From contig NW_027270973.1 in NCBI RefSeq assembly GCF_040938485.1, positions 248,001 to 312,000 on the forward strand: DNA of 64,000 nt, given 5' to 3'. Below are positions 1 through 11,956 of this stretch, piece by piece (position 1 is the first letter of the stretch; each line of letters starts with the position of its first letter). Below the pieces are notes generated by a model that was not told the DNA's origin, searched no databases, and saw nothing but the letters and a program-made list of their open reading frames with translations. This DNA comes from Diadema antillarum. Lineage: Eukaryota. The translations under genes were made by a program, and so were the position numbers.

Positions 1-75
1 AGGATTCGAACCACCGACCTTCCGCCCGACAGCAAGTGCTAGTTCTAATCCATATAGCATGCATTACTGCGCGGC
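1..75 (-). mobile_element. tRNA-derived SINE 5' head (degenerate, cut by window edge)
   Basis: The reverse complement contains the Pol III B box GGTTCGAATCC (positions 2-12). There is no complete cloverleaf. Confidence 0.4.
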
Positions 76-1140
76 ATCATTCAAATTCATGAAATTCTTC
101 CGTCGTGATGTTTTCATCGCAACTGATCGACGCATATAAGCACTGAACATTGCTGAATTGCTGCTTCTTTTTAAAATGTATTTATCAGTATCTCCCACAA
201 AGTGATGCCTATATGTTGTTGTCGTAAAATGAAATAAAAATTGTATTGAATTGACTATATATCATTGTCTCAGGAATAGGACTTTATCCCAAATTAGTGT
301 GAAACGATCGACGTTTGAGGGATTGGGAGACATTAGTAGAACGTGGAACAGGTCAGACCTCTTTAGAACTTCCCTTTTTACTGTATTAACAGTGGCCTAC
401 TCAATCACTTCCTCTTCATAACTTAAACGACTGAAACTCCAGAGAGAGGTGGCTATTCAGGTTTATTTTTGAACTTTTTTATAGCGTCTGCAGATAAATG
501 ACAAATTTACTCAAAGAGCCTTTGTTGTGATGTGCAGCTATAATTGGTTCATGAAATTATGATGTTAGACATATTTCCTTGATTAAAAGATGCATTTCAA
601 CGAATCTGAGTCCCCGAAAGTTGTTAACATGACAACAACATTTTAGATACATCAGCCGAGTTGGTAATAATTTGTAAACTTTAACTTAGCGCCTAAATAT
701 GCTTGTAATGGGCAGAACTGTATTAATAGAGTATCCACACCTCAGGATGTTTATATCGGTAAATTTTTACGGCGATGTCAGCGTCCTCTTCCTTGTTCTC
801 TTTCTCTTGTTGCACGAGTTATTTTTCCCCTGGTGTCAAAGATTTAATTGCTGTATCATTCTTTAAAGAAATAATTCCCACAAAGTTTACTCATTCCCAC
901 AAATACCAATTAAAGAATCACATTTCACAAGACATGTACCATAATTTAGTAAGACCATCTGTTTCACTATCCTGAGTAGCTCTCAACCGACGTGTTTTCT
1001 TTTTCTATTCTTCAGTCTGTTAACTGCCCATTGCAAGCATAAACTTCAATAATGTTTGGATATACCTTTTGTGTGTTAGAAAAAAATGACTGTATATCAT
1101 TTTTATTTTGTACCATTATGCTCAATGCAGAAAATTCCGA

Positions 1141-1250
1141 ATAAATTGAATTGCATTGAACTGAATTGAATTGAAATGAATTAAATTGAGATGAATTGAA
1201 TTGAAATGAATTAAAATTAATTGAAATGAATTAAATGAATTGAATTATTG
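1141..1250. repeat. degenerate (GAATT)n pentamer microsatellite
   Basis: About 20 imperfect GAATT/GAAAT units are visible directly. Confidence 0.85.
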
Positions 1251-1823
1251 ATATCTAATAACTTGGAAGCGAAAATCTAGCATTCGTTACAGTTAGCAGA
1301 AGCAAGAAAGTGCAATGGGCCTAAAAAAAGACTCGGACTGATAGGATGCTCTTTTTTCTCTTTTTGTTTATTGTTTGAATGATATTCCTTTGCTTGATTA
1401 TCGTGTGTGTTATTGGGCAAGATCGGGGGGGGGGGGGGAGTCTTCCAGAATTGCGGTACGTATAGTGTATGTATTCAAATCAACAATGAAGGATGTTATA
1501 TTGGACGAGAAAATAATGAAAGCATCCCATCGAAGTTTACACAAATTGTGATCTCCTTAAATGAACCACCAAAATTAGATTTATTGAGGCCGGTTTTAAA
1601 GCATTCATAGAAAAATATGTATATAGTGAACATAAATTTACACAAATCTATTAAGATGCGCTTCATTACTTAGTCCTTTATTACGAATCCAAACATTTTA
1701 CACCCTGCTTCCCACCAACCTCTCTTTTTATCTTGATAAATGCTAGTATTATATTTCTTGTTGTACTCGTATGCTTTTTGTTTTATTTCGTTTGAATCTT
1801 TTGCTATTAGACAAACAGACACC

Positions 1824-3845
1824 ATGACAACGTTTCATCAAATCAGCAGCGAGAATCTGGAGTGTCCTATCTGTCTGACACTTTTCAACCAACCTAAATC
1901 ACTGACATGTTCTCATATCTTCTGCAAAGACTGTTTGGAACGTATCTCTCAAACTCAGACAAGCCAACAAGCTATAACATGCCCTGTATGCAGGAAAGAA
2001 ACGCCCCTACCCAGTGGAGATGTGGGTAAGTTACAAACAAACGTACCCCTGAGTTCTCTCGTGGACGAAGTAAAAACCAAAAGTCCAACATGCACAGCTT
2101 GTAAGATGGACGAAAATCCACCAGCTGTGTCCTACTGTCAGGACTGTGGGAAATATATGTGTAAGTTATGTGACTCAAAACATTCCGGCTGGACACCGTT
2201 CTCCACTCACACAGTGGTAGCCATGAGTGAGATGGTTTCGGGAAAAGTTCCGCTTAAGAGACGACGGAAGTGTACGAAACACCCCAACGATGATGAAGAG
2301 TGTTTCTGCACCGATTGTCGAGAGTACGTCTGCCATAAATGCGTCGTGTTAAAGCACTTACAAGGAGGACACCAGATTGAAGAGGCAGCTATCCATGAGG
2401 AGAAATTGATGGAAAATATCAAGGAATTACAAGAAAGGACAAAATCAAAGAAAACAACCATTGAAAATCATATAGATTTCATAGAGACACAACGAAATGA
2501 AATAACAAACATGATGAGAAACCTCAATGATGACATTGACAAGACCTACGAGGAATACATACAACTATTGTCAGCCAGAAGAGAGACCCTGAAATGTCAA
2601 GTGAAACAATTGTCTGAAAAATTCGAGAAGGAATTTCAAGTCATGGAGGAAGAGAGTCGCCAAACAATTCATCAAATGTACGCAATGGAAGAGCTGGTAA
2701 CTAATGGTGTGAAGGTACCGCTGGAGAAAGACGCCTTGTTTGCACACGACACGCTGTGTGAGAACTTGAAGAGCTTTCTGGGACGAGATGATCCTGACGA
2801 CCAATCACCGAGAGGTGTGGCAAAACGAGCTCAGAAGATTTCATTCTGTAGACACGTAAAGGTCAATGAACTTTATCTTGGCGAGCTGGAAGGTTACACG
2901 TGGGATGTCAAAGCAAAAGTAGAGCTCCCTAACGGAGATAGCATGCAAAGTATCACTCTTTCACCAGGCGGTAAGGTGGCGGTGGGATCGAGTAACGGCG
3001 GAATCCATCTCTACTCCCCAGATGGCGAGTTACAGCAGGCAGTGCTGAAGGATGTCTGCATCTGTCAGTTTGAATTCCTGTCTGATGGCCGATGTGTGGT
3101 ATGTGATACAGACAACGAGATGTCACTCTACACTCCACAGTGGGAGAAGCTTGAAGTCACGTTCGAGATGATGATTGAGGATGAAGGAGTGCTTGGTGGT
3201 TTCACTGTGGATAGAGATGAGGATGAAGGAGTGCTTGGTGGTCTCGCTGTGGATAGTGATGAAGATGAAGGAGTGCTTGGTGGTCTCGCTGTGGATAGTG
3301 ATGAGGATGAAGTAGTACTTGGTGGTCTCGCTGTGGATAGTGATGAGGATGAAGAACCAGTGCTTGGTGGTTTCACTGTGGATAGAGATGATAATATCTA
3401 CGTGAGTTATAGGGAAACCAAAAAGATCGAGGTATTTACCCCACAGGGTGGTAAGGCTGTCAGGGAAATAATGTGTGATGGATATACACCTATTCAATTA
3501 TTCTCCTTTCATACAACGGGGAAACTGATACTGAACGATGGATCAACAGTCGTCTGCCTAGATGGTAAGGGGAAGAAGGAAGATGTCTTGATGAAGGAGG
3601 GTATGTGTGCTTGGCCAGCTGTTTGTAGAGATGATTCGGTCATTGTAGCCTGGGTGAAGCACGAGGAAGGTCTTGTCAGTATCGATCGCTACACGAGAGA
3701 TTTGGAGCACGTGCACAATCTCATCACTGATTTCAAAATACAAGAACCGGAGGCCAGAAATTGGTACCATCTACAAGAGTTTGAGAGTGGTGAGATTGCT
3801 TTCTGCACTCCAGATAGACTTTACATATTTGATGCGATATTGTGA
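1824..3845 (+). CDS. intronless TRIM (RBCC) E3 ubiquitin ligase with C-terminal NHL-like beta-propeller, 673 aa (TRIM2/3/56/71-like architecture)
   Basis: C3HC4 RING (CPIC...CSHIFCKDC...CPVC), B-box1 (CTAC...CQDC...CKLC...H), B-box2 (CTKH...CTDC...CHKC...H), a coiled coil, then propeller blades with GxAVD-type motifs. The likely start is accATG at 1824, just after a polypyrimidine tract with AG acceptors at 1809-1810 and 1817-1818. The ORF-track extension from 1740 therefore looks like 5'UTR intron. Confidence 0.92.
   Translation: MTTFHQISSENLECPICLTLFNQPKSLTCSHIFCKDCLERISQTQTSQQAITCPVCRKETPLPSGDVGKLQTNVPLSSLVDEVKTKSPTCTACKMDENPPAVSYCQDCGKYMCKLCDSKHSGWTPFSTHTVVAMSEMVSGKVPLKRRRKCTKHPNDDEECFCTDCREYVCHKCVVLKHLQGGHQIEEAAIHEEKLMENIKELQERTKSKKTTIENHIDFIETQRNEITNMMRNLNDDIDKTYEEYIQLLSARRETLKCQVKQLSEKFEKEFQVMEEESRQTIHQMYAMEELVTNGVKVPLEKDALFAHDTLCENLKSFLGRDDPDDQSPRGVAKRAQKISFCRHVKVNELYLGELEGYTWDVKAKVELPNGDSMQSITLSPGGKVAVGSSNGGIHLYSPDGELQQAVLKDVCICQFEFLSDGRCVVCDTDNEMSLYTPQWEKLEVTFEMMIEDEGVLGGFTVDRDEDEGVLGGLAVDSDEDEGVLGGLAVDSDEDEVVLGGLAVDSDEDEEPVLGGFTVDRDDNIYVSYRETKKIEVFTPQGGKAVREIMCDGYTPIQLFSFHTTGKLILNDGSTVVCLDGKGKKEDVLMKEGMCAWPAVCRDDSVIVAWVKHEEGLVSIDRYTRDLEHVHNLITDFKIQEPEARNWYHLQEFESGEIAFCTPDRLYIFDAIL
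3177..3389 (+). repeat. in-frame coding minisatellite, 5 x 42 bp (last unit 45 bp), encoding EDEGVLGG(F/L)(T/A)VD(R/S)D
   Basis: Units start at 3177, 3219, 3261, 3303 and 3345, and the frame is preserved. Confidence 0.95.
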
Positions 3846-4712
3846 AATGTGATACACAATTTTGTCATACAGTAGCATGTAAGAAGAATGAATTCGTTGG
3901 TGGGATTTACTCTCAGTGAGTACAATATCGTAATGAAAATCAAGGTTTGCATGTGTGATAATGGACTGCACATGCATGTGCCGCGTCTACTAACATGAAT
4001 ATTCATACACTTGTAATGACCTTAACCATGTCGAAAAGTTGAAGTAATTTATGGATGATTGACCATTTCTAAGGTAAATCAGGGCAAGTTACAACATTTG
4101 TTTTGCAATATTAGTGCTCTAATGATACAACATTATTTAGAGGAAAATGCCTTTCAGATCGAATCGGTAAAATGCTATCATTTACTGCATGTACCAAAGT
4201 GGTTTGGGGATTATTGTAATGACGCAGGTAAACAAATTATTGGGGCAAATTATTTGTTGAATAGGGCCCCAATTTTTTTTTTCTCTCTCTCTTCTTTTTT
4301 TAAAGCACAACAACATCAGGTACACAATCCCTGCGGCGCAGGTCTATGAATGGGTATCAAAACTTACTTGTAGTGTATATTTATAATTTTCCATTATATA
4401 TAAACTCATTTTATAAATTGCTTGACAATGCGATACTAATCATCCATGAATCATGGATTTTGTCGATGTAATTTGTTTGTCTAGCAGAGCATTCTGGCTT
4501 TGGTAGTTTTCTTTTTGGTCTTAAGTGGCATGAACGTTACTATACCGTGAGGATTCTTTTTGCGAATAAAGGAATGAAACGGGCTATTTACAGCGGTGAC
4601 ACAAGACTAAAGTCTTGGAGTGTCGTTCACCAGATTGAACTATGATCTGAAGAACGACCTCTTCCGGGAAAGAATGCGTGCACATTGTAAATCTCCAACC
4701 TTTATTTCCCTA

Positions 4713-5910
4713 ATCGACAACGAATTCGCAGAACCTGAGGTGGAATACAGTGCATGGGAAGCGAAAGCGATCTTCAGCTGTATACGATGGCAGCTTAAGA
4801 GGCTTAAGGATGAATTTGACATCCACGAATATTTTAAATCCGATATAGATCGATATGTTAAATCATGTAAAATGTTATATTCTGTAAGGCCGCATTGAAA
4901 ATTATGTTACCGTCAGACTACAATCTGTGAACATCGATTTTGTTTTGTTTTGATCAGATTTTTACCTGTGAACTACAGTAAACAGTAAATATACACAATG
5001 TTTCTGTGCTTACCATTTTATTTTATCATCATCACCTTCATTTTCATGATCACATTTTTTTCTTTTTATCATCACACTTTCATCATAATCATAATTTAAC
5101 ATATTTCTAATAGTATCTATCATTGTCTATATGCGCTAAAATATTATGAAAACTGAATGCATTATATTCAGATTTTTTTTCTCCATTTTGCTTAACTAAA
5201 GTAGGCGTCGATAGGTTTCCTGGGCTGCCACATGTTCGAGCACCCGCGTTAGGTTATCATTTGCAAATTTCGTAATTAGATATATCTTGGTATTAATGGT
5301 ATCAATGTACACGTTTATCTTTTCTCCTTAGAATCATGTACATTGAAATCTATACATTGATGTTTTGTGAGGTTTTACTAAGAAGAATCTGATTCATGTA
5401 CGAAATTATGTTGAAGAAAATAATTCAAACAAGCAAACAAACAAACAAAAATCTCCCATCAATTTTAGAGAGAAACTGTCTGCCATGCTCGGTATCAATG
5501 AAGACAGAATACGAGCGTGTTAAAAGCGGGAATGTATTAAATAAGTTTCGAAGTAATATTGTTCATCTCCTTTCGCCGCTATGTCATGTTGGGTCATTCT
5601 TATTTCTTTGTTATCCGCACTGAACGCTGCAATGCTCCCGCACTGATATAGGAGTGACTTATGACTGAAATGCGTTACGTTAATGTGACACTTTGATGCG
5701 AACGATATACTGTAAACCTGGATGCTTCCGACTTCAGAACTCTGTTTCTGTTTTCTGACTGAGACACTCTGGTTGATTCTGACTTGAATTAATTCAGCAA
5801 AAATTGTTGGTTTCTTGATATCTGTTAATAATTAAGACCGTATGACAATATTCTTCTTTATTTCAACTTTTTCGAGGTGCGTATTTTTTAGAGAATTGCA
5901 TGATTTCATG
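4713..5910 (+). pseudogene. fragmented, chimeric pmar1-like homeobox pseudogene
   Basis: 4713-4775 matches exon 2 of the minus-strand cluster genes ([13 protein letters not shown]). 4785-4832 reads WQLKRLKDEFDIHEY (helix 1, ~39/48 nt to gene 54833). 5466-5514 reads REKLSAMLGINEDRIR, followed by an intron-start remnant. 5573-5623 resembles the exon-2 end (GHSYFFVI vs GHPYVFVV). 5624-5910 aligns to the 3'UTR of the 43012/54833 genes. The WFQNRR and eh1 segments are missing. Confidence 0.8.
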
Positions 5911-8900
5911 TTATATTATAAGACTTCTGCATGCTGTACTATTTTATCATGTTAAAGTTAATGCGTTTAAATAGCATGGAAGCTTAGTGTTCATAAGGTA
6001 TGCATGGTCATAAGATAGATATAGAGGGGGAGAGACAGAGAGAGAGAGAGAGAAAGAAAGAAAAGTCAGACCCATGTCTCCCTGTTGCATATAGCATAAT
6101 AAAAGAAATGTGTGAAATCATTCCATGCGTAAATGATTTGTGCATATAAAAGGTGGTTCTGTTCGACGTCATACCAGGAGCGTCAACATTGTTTCCAGTT
6201 CTTCAGGAGAAAACACGAAGGGTATGCATTCTAAATAATCTGGCATATGCTACTCTATTAAGTGTTGCTCGCTTTTCCCCGACCATGCTTGTTTATAAAG
6301 GGAATCGTTTCGGGTGATTAAGAATATTTTATTTTTGCCAAATGTATCACAAATCCAAACCGAAAAAAAAGGGATTTGGTATCGACAAATCCTGTGTGTT
6401 GCAGCTCAATATGGATGTTACAGAGATTGCTGAACCGACATTGGTTATAACCTCCCACTCCTATAACTTTATCAAAGTCTGTTGCAGACCGTGACATGTA
6501 TGCATGTCTCAAAATAAATGTTTGATTCGGGTGTGAATTTACTCAGTATGAATGCTAAGCCATGCAGGACCGGCACCTCCCCCCCCCCCCCCCCATGTAC
6601 CAGAACGTTCCGATACCCATGTTAACACCATGTGACATTTAATGGTATATACAACAATAATATGCTAACAAACTAACAGGAACATAGTTTAGTTTCCTTG
6701 GTACGCATCAGAACATCAAACGATTTCTACATTATCACATAACCTTGGCACTTTGCTATGATTTGGAAATTCCTGGGAATCAAAGGAATCAGATTATATA
6801 CAACATAAGGATACAAGGATACAATTTTCTAAATAAGTGTGTGTCTTGTTTTAATCAGATTCCGTTTGAGTGATCCTATAATATAACGACTTTTGTTTAC
6901 ATTTTTCTTGTTCGAGAACATTCTCATCTCACCTCAATGTCGTATGAACAGCTCACTGAACAAGACAAAATTTCATTATTTGATTTTCAGAAAGACTCTC
7001 TATAGTGTGTGAGATGTGGGGAAAACCCGCTTCTATACTCGGGTAAGCGATGAGAGTTAAAAGAATACGACCACTCCTCTGAAAGCTGCTTGGATCGCCA
7101 GATCATTTTGTCACTGCAACATTATATAATGCATCTCTCTGTCCAAAAACCAACTCCTCATATCATAGTTTAGATCATAAAAGTAATGAGCACGTTCATG
7201 CGTTCGTCCACGCTAAACAGACGACAGGTTGTGATCCTATGCCTAAAATGTAGGCCTTCTTCGTAACCAGACATAAATCAACAATATTGACCCAGGAAGT
7301 ACAGCAAACTTGGTAAGCATATAACGACATACAGACTGTATGTGTACACACACGCATATTACACGCCGAAATTTGCTCCGCCGAAATTTGCTCCGCCGAC
7401 GATATTGCTCTGCCGACATTTTCTTCGAAGATACGACATCTACTCCGCCGGCAAGTGCGCTGCCGAAGATTGATTTCTGAATTGAATCCTGACGTGCTTT
7501 TGCAGTAATAACGTTTGTGTTTCATGAATTCTTTGTGGAATTATGAAAGTCTGCGCGACTTCTAAATATGATTCATAATTTATTTGCACAATCACTGTGG
7601 TTTATTCCATTGATCAATGCTTTGATAAAATTAGAGTACAGTCGAGTCAGTACCCATTCAGATGTTTCATTCGTTTGAGTATCGAAACATACTATAATAA
7701 TTATAGTTAGTGGTTCAAGTAATTATCAAGTGAAGGGCAAGACACCTGTTTTAAGATCGATACTAAGTTAAGTATGCTTAGGGCCTAAGTCTTCCGGTTA
7801 GTAGTTCCTCTAATTTTAAATCTTTATTGACATGATAACATGACCACTGTGATTTATTTGCCGTTAGTAAGACTTTTTTTAGAATTAAATTTATCTACAC
7901 GTCTCATCAGGAATTTTTCCGCGTGAGTCCCAGTTTCCCCACAACTAAACTTTGCAAAGTTCATCGAATTTCCAAGAACAGCTTGTATATTTTCGTTGTT
8001 GCTCCCACACAAAAAGTTAATGAAGGAGTCAGGCTTCTTGTTTATATTCAGAAAATAGATAAATATAGATAAAGGAGAATGTCAGTCCTCATTCTGAACA
8101 CTTGTATAGGTGCTTTCAGGACGGATTTTCTCCATGTAATTTTCTCCACATGATTTGATGACGTCACAACTGTTATTTTTGTTGTCATTGTTTCTTAGTA
8201 TGTCTCGTGATGTAATGTATTTCTGTCATAGGCAGCTCACCGCGAGCTTTGCTTTTTTTCACCCTTTTTTTAAAGCGCCGTTTTAGCTTCTTGTCATGCT
8301 TCCGTTCACATTCATTTGTAGGTAGCCAAGCTGTATTGTTTGTGTAATTATGTTCTCTATCAGCCACATTAAACTCTTGTCGGAAGTTGGTCAAATTTGC
8401 TTCGGAGGTGTATCATTGGACAATCTAGTCATTTGAATTTTTGTTCACCATGTCCCTGTTATTCTGTCTTAAGGATGCTAGATAGATAATGCCCATGATC
8501 TTTTAGTCTTTCTCATTGAATATTATAAAACTTGATAATATGAGAGTGAAGTTGGTTCCTTGGGAATGCATTTGCATTACATGGCAACAGATGTTTCTTG
8601 TTTATGATAAGACCATGCATCACGCATACAGGATACTGTATGCACATAACTCACAGACCTATGTTTCTCTTTTTCAATCAGACTGAAAATTTGCCAAATG
8701 GAGGAATCCATTCCTACGTGTGTGCCGCAAGAAAGGGCAACTGGTAAAGTTATCTTTATCATTCTTGTGACATAAGGTTTCTTGTCCACCGTTACAATTG
8801 ACTTTACAAGATTACTAACAATAACCATTTACTTTCCATTGGAAAATCTATGTGAGTATCTGAATAAAAAAATGTTTACCAATTATACATTCAATTTCTG

Positions 8901-9082
8901 AATCTTCTGTATCAAGATCCTGATTTGTTACTTTGTGAAAAATAACAAAAAGCAAATACAAACTTCTAAATATGGGATGCTGTAATATTGTGATTGATTT
9001 GTATCGATTCATGAAATTATAAATATTATTGGGTCTTGTAGCACATATAGGACAGGTTGAACTTGTGAATATTGATAGGGTG

Positions 9083-9240
9083 CAAATAGGGCGCAAATAG
9101 GGCGTAAATCCGTACTGAGGAGTGGGTGTGGGGGGGATGATCGGCGATAGTCACCATCACCACGATTACAAGCCCATAACTGGACCGGCGCAGCCTTGGG
9201 GGGGGGGGGGGGGGGGGAGAAGCTTGGTGCTCCCCCCCCC

Positions 9241-9290
<50 letters not shown>

Positions 9291-9363
9291 GGCGTACCGT
9301 GGGTCAAGACATTGGGGAGGGGCACCTCGTGGAAAATAATATTGAGAGTGTGTATGCTTATGC

Positions 9364-9396
<33 letters not shown>

Positions 9397-11956
9397 TGTG
9401 GGCGTGCGCCGTCAGTCTGCACTCTTAATGGGGACTACAATACATAACGATATGTGATACATTCCACAGCGCAGTCATTGAGCAACGTTATAAGTTTTTT
9501 TAGAATGACGGTGTGAAACAACAAATTACTTGGAGCAACATCAGAATTGCATAAAAATTAAATGCGAGCGAGATTGAAATTTTTGACATTTTACAGTCAT
9601 AAAACTGCTGTTTGTAGCTATATTTTTCGCTTTGGAAATTAGGGGGGTTGCGCACCGGGCTCAACTGCTGGCAATTACCGGCAGCAACATCAGGAGATTG
9701 GTGTTAACGATTAAATGCGAGCGAGCGAAGGGAGTGATCTCGCTTAAAAATCTTAACATTTTACAGTCCCAAAACTGCCGTTTGTAACTATATTTTTTCG
9801 CTTTGGATTTTAAGAAGTGGGGAGGGGGCGCATCGGGTGCAACAGTGGGCAATTACTGGCAGCAACATCAGGAGAATGGCATAACGATTAAATGCGAGCG
9901 AGCGGAGCGAGCGAGCTTGAAATATTTGACATTTTACAGTCGCAAAAATTGTCGTTTGTAGCTACATTTTTTTCGCTTTGGAAATTAAGGGGGGCGCAAC
10001 TGCTGACAGTTACTGGCAGCAACATCAGGAGAATGGCATTTAACGATTAAATGCGAGCGAGCTTGAAAATTTCGACATTCTTAAAAAAACCTGCCGTTTG
10101 TAGCTATACTTATTCACCTGGGAAATTATAATAGGGGGGCACAACGGGGGCAACTGCTGGCAATTACTGGCAGCAACATCGGGAGAATAGCATAGCGATT
10201 AAAGGCGAGCGAGCGAAGCGAGCGAGCTTGAAATTTTGACATTTTACAGTCGCAAAACTGCCGTTTGTAGCTATATTTTTTCGCTTTGGAAGTTAAGGGG
10301 GGGGGGCACCGGGCGCAACTGCTGGCAGTTACTGGCAGCAACATCAGGAGAATGGCATATAACAATTAAATGCGAGCGAGCAAAGCAAGCGAGCTTGAAA
10401 ATTTTCACATTCTAAAGTCCAAAAACTACCGTTAGCTATACTTTTTTGCTTTGGAAATTAACAAGGGGGGGGGGGGGGGAGCGCACCGGGTGCAACCGTG
10501 GGCAATTACTGACAGCAACATCGGGAGCATAGCGATTAAATGCGAGCGAGCGAAGTGAGCGAGCTTGAAAATTTTTGACATTTTACAGTCGCAAAACTGC
10601 CTTTTGTAGCTTTATTTTTTCGCTTCGGAAATTAAGGGGGGGGGGGGGAGCGCACCGGGCGCATCTGCTGGCAGTTACTGGCAGCAACATCAGGATTTTT
10701 CTTTTTCTTTTTTTTTTTTTTTTGGGGGGGGGGACCCTCCGTTAATTGAAAGTATCTAGATATCTCCACCCACCGAACTTTTGCATTTTTAAAACTGAAG
10801 TAACAGACCTGGTGCAAACTTTGGATTAAACATTCTAAAATCTATTAATCTAAAGTGTATTAAGTGAAAAGGACTGAACGGGGAGGGTATGGGAGGCATG
10901 GGGTAGGCCTAACCCCCTCTTACACGAGGGAAATTTTGTATTTGCAGAATTGAAATTCAGCCATCTTTGGATGAAATATTTAGACAGTTTTCTATCAAAA
11001 AAGTAAGAACATTTCCACATCTCGGGAGTTACGAGGAGGAGCAAAATGATATGTTTGTCCCCAATACTTTTATGGGGTACCACCCCCCCCCCCATCGACG
11101 CCTCTGCATATGAGGGAGCTTTTGTAAGTGAAAGATCTGCTGCACGCTCTTTGATAAAATACTAGGAAATACGTCAATCTCAAAAGTGTTCAAAGTCTAT
11201 CGAAAGGGATCCAGTAGCGGAGCTTTTGCATGCTTATGATTGCAATTCAACGATCTGGTGCATAGTTCTGGCGGTATTTGGACAATTTTCCACGAAGAAA
11301 GTTCGAGATTTGTCCTCATCTCGGGAATTGCTTGGGGAACAAATGATTTGTCTGCCCCAATACTTCCACAGGGGCGGGGCAAATGCCTCTTTGCCACCCC
11401 CCCCCCCCCCTCCCCCGAGATAGATTCGACGCCCCTGATCATCCCTGAGTATGCCCATAGATGTATCCTGACTGAGTCATCGGATTCATCGTCGTTTCAG
11501 GAATGATTCAGGAAATGGAGGGGGTTCAATTATGGCGGTATAATTTTTGTTACTGTTTGTTTGTTTGTTTTCGTACGTAATTTGCGGATGGCCCCGAGTT
11601 GCACGCATCATAGCAAGTTAATGTGCAGGCCCATACTATCTGACGTTGTCAACGTCTGGACCATACCTCATGTCAATGTTACTTCCTCCGCGAGCGAGCG
11701 AAGCGAGTAAGCGCTTGAGAAAATTATGTATGCATTATCCTACAAGCTAGAATACTGTTCAGCATTGTTACCTGTCTGAAGGCGGGCGTACGAACGTCAT
11801 GCAATATGGCAAAATTGATGCAATCACATTTCTGCTCCCTCCATTTTTTTTTCTCAAACTTCGGGGGGGGGGGGGGGGATGATTATACATGCCATCCCCC
11901 CTCATCCATGGGGGGGGGGGGATTCATCCCCCATCCCCCCGCGATTTACGCCCATG
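9083..11956 (-). mobile_element. non-autonomous hAT-type DNA transposon carrying a ~165-bp satellite (copy 1)
   Basis: 8-bp direct repeat ATAGGGTG at 9075-9082 and 11957-11964. The termini are CAA...GGCGTAAATCC (with an 11-bp duplication in the left end) and GATTTACGCCCATG. 11052-11956 is the reverse complement of 20550-21470. Confidence 0.75.
9530..10695 (-). repeat. ~165-bp tandem satellite, about 7 diverged units
   Basis: The marker TTTCGCTTTGG or a variant recurs near 9628, 9799, 9974, 10116, 10282, 10447 and 10621. This is the reverse complement of the 21.5-25.5 kb monomer. Confidence 0.9.

Noticed and set aside
1740-1823. 28-aa hydrophobic N-terminal extension of the TRIM ORF (looks like a signal peptide)
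   Set aside because: It is a T-rich polypyrimidine tract ending in AG acceptors just before accATG at 1824, so it is best read as a 5'UTR intron.
8185-9096. Minus-strand ORFs as remnants of a gene or transposase interrupted by the hAT insertion
   Set aside because: No recognisable domain motif or consistent frame was found, even after joining across the insertion site.
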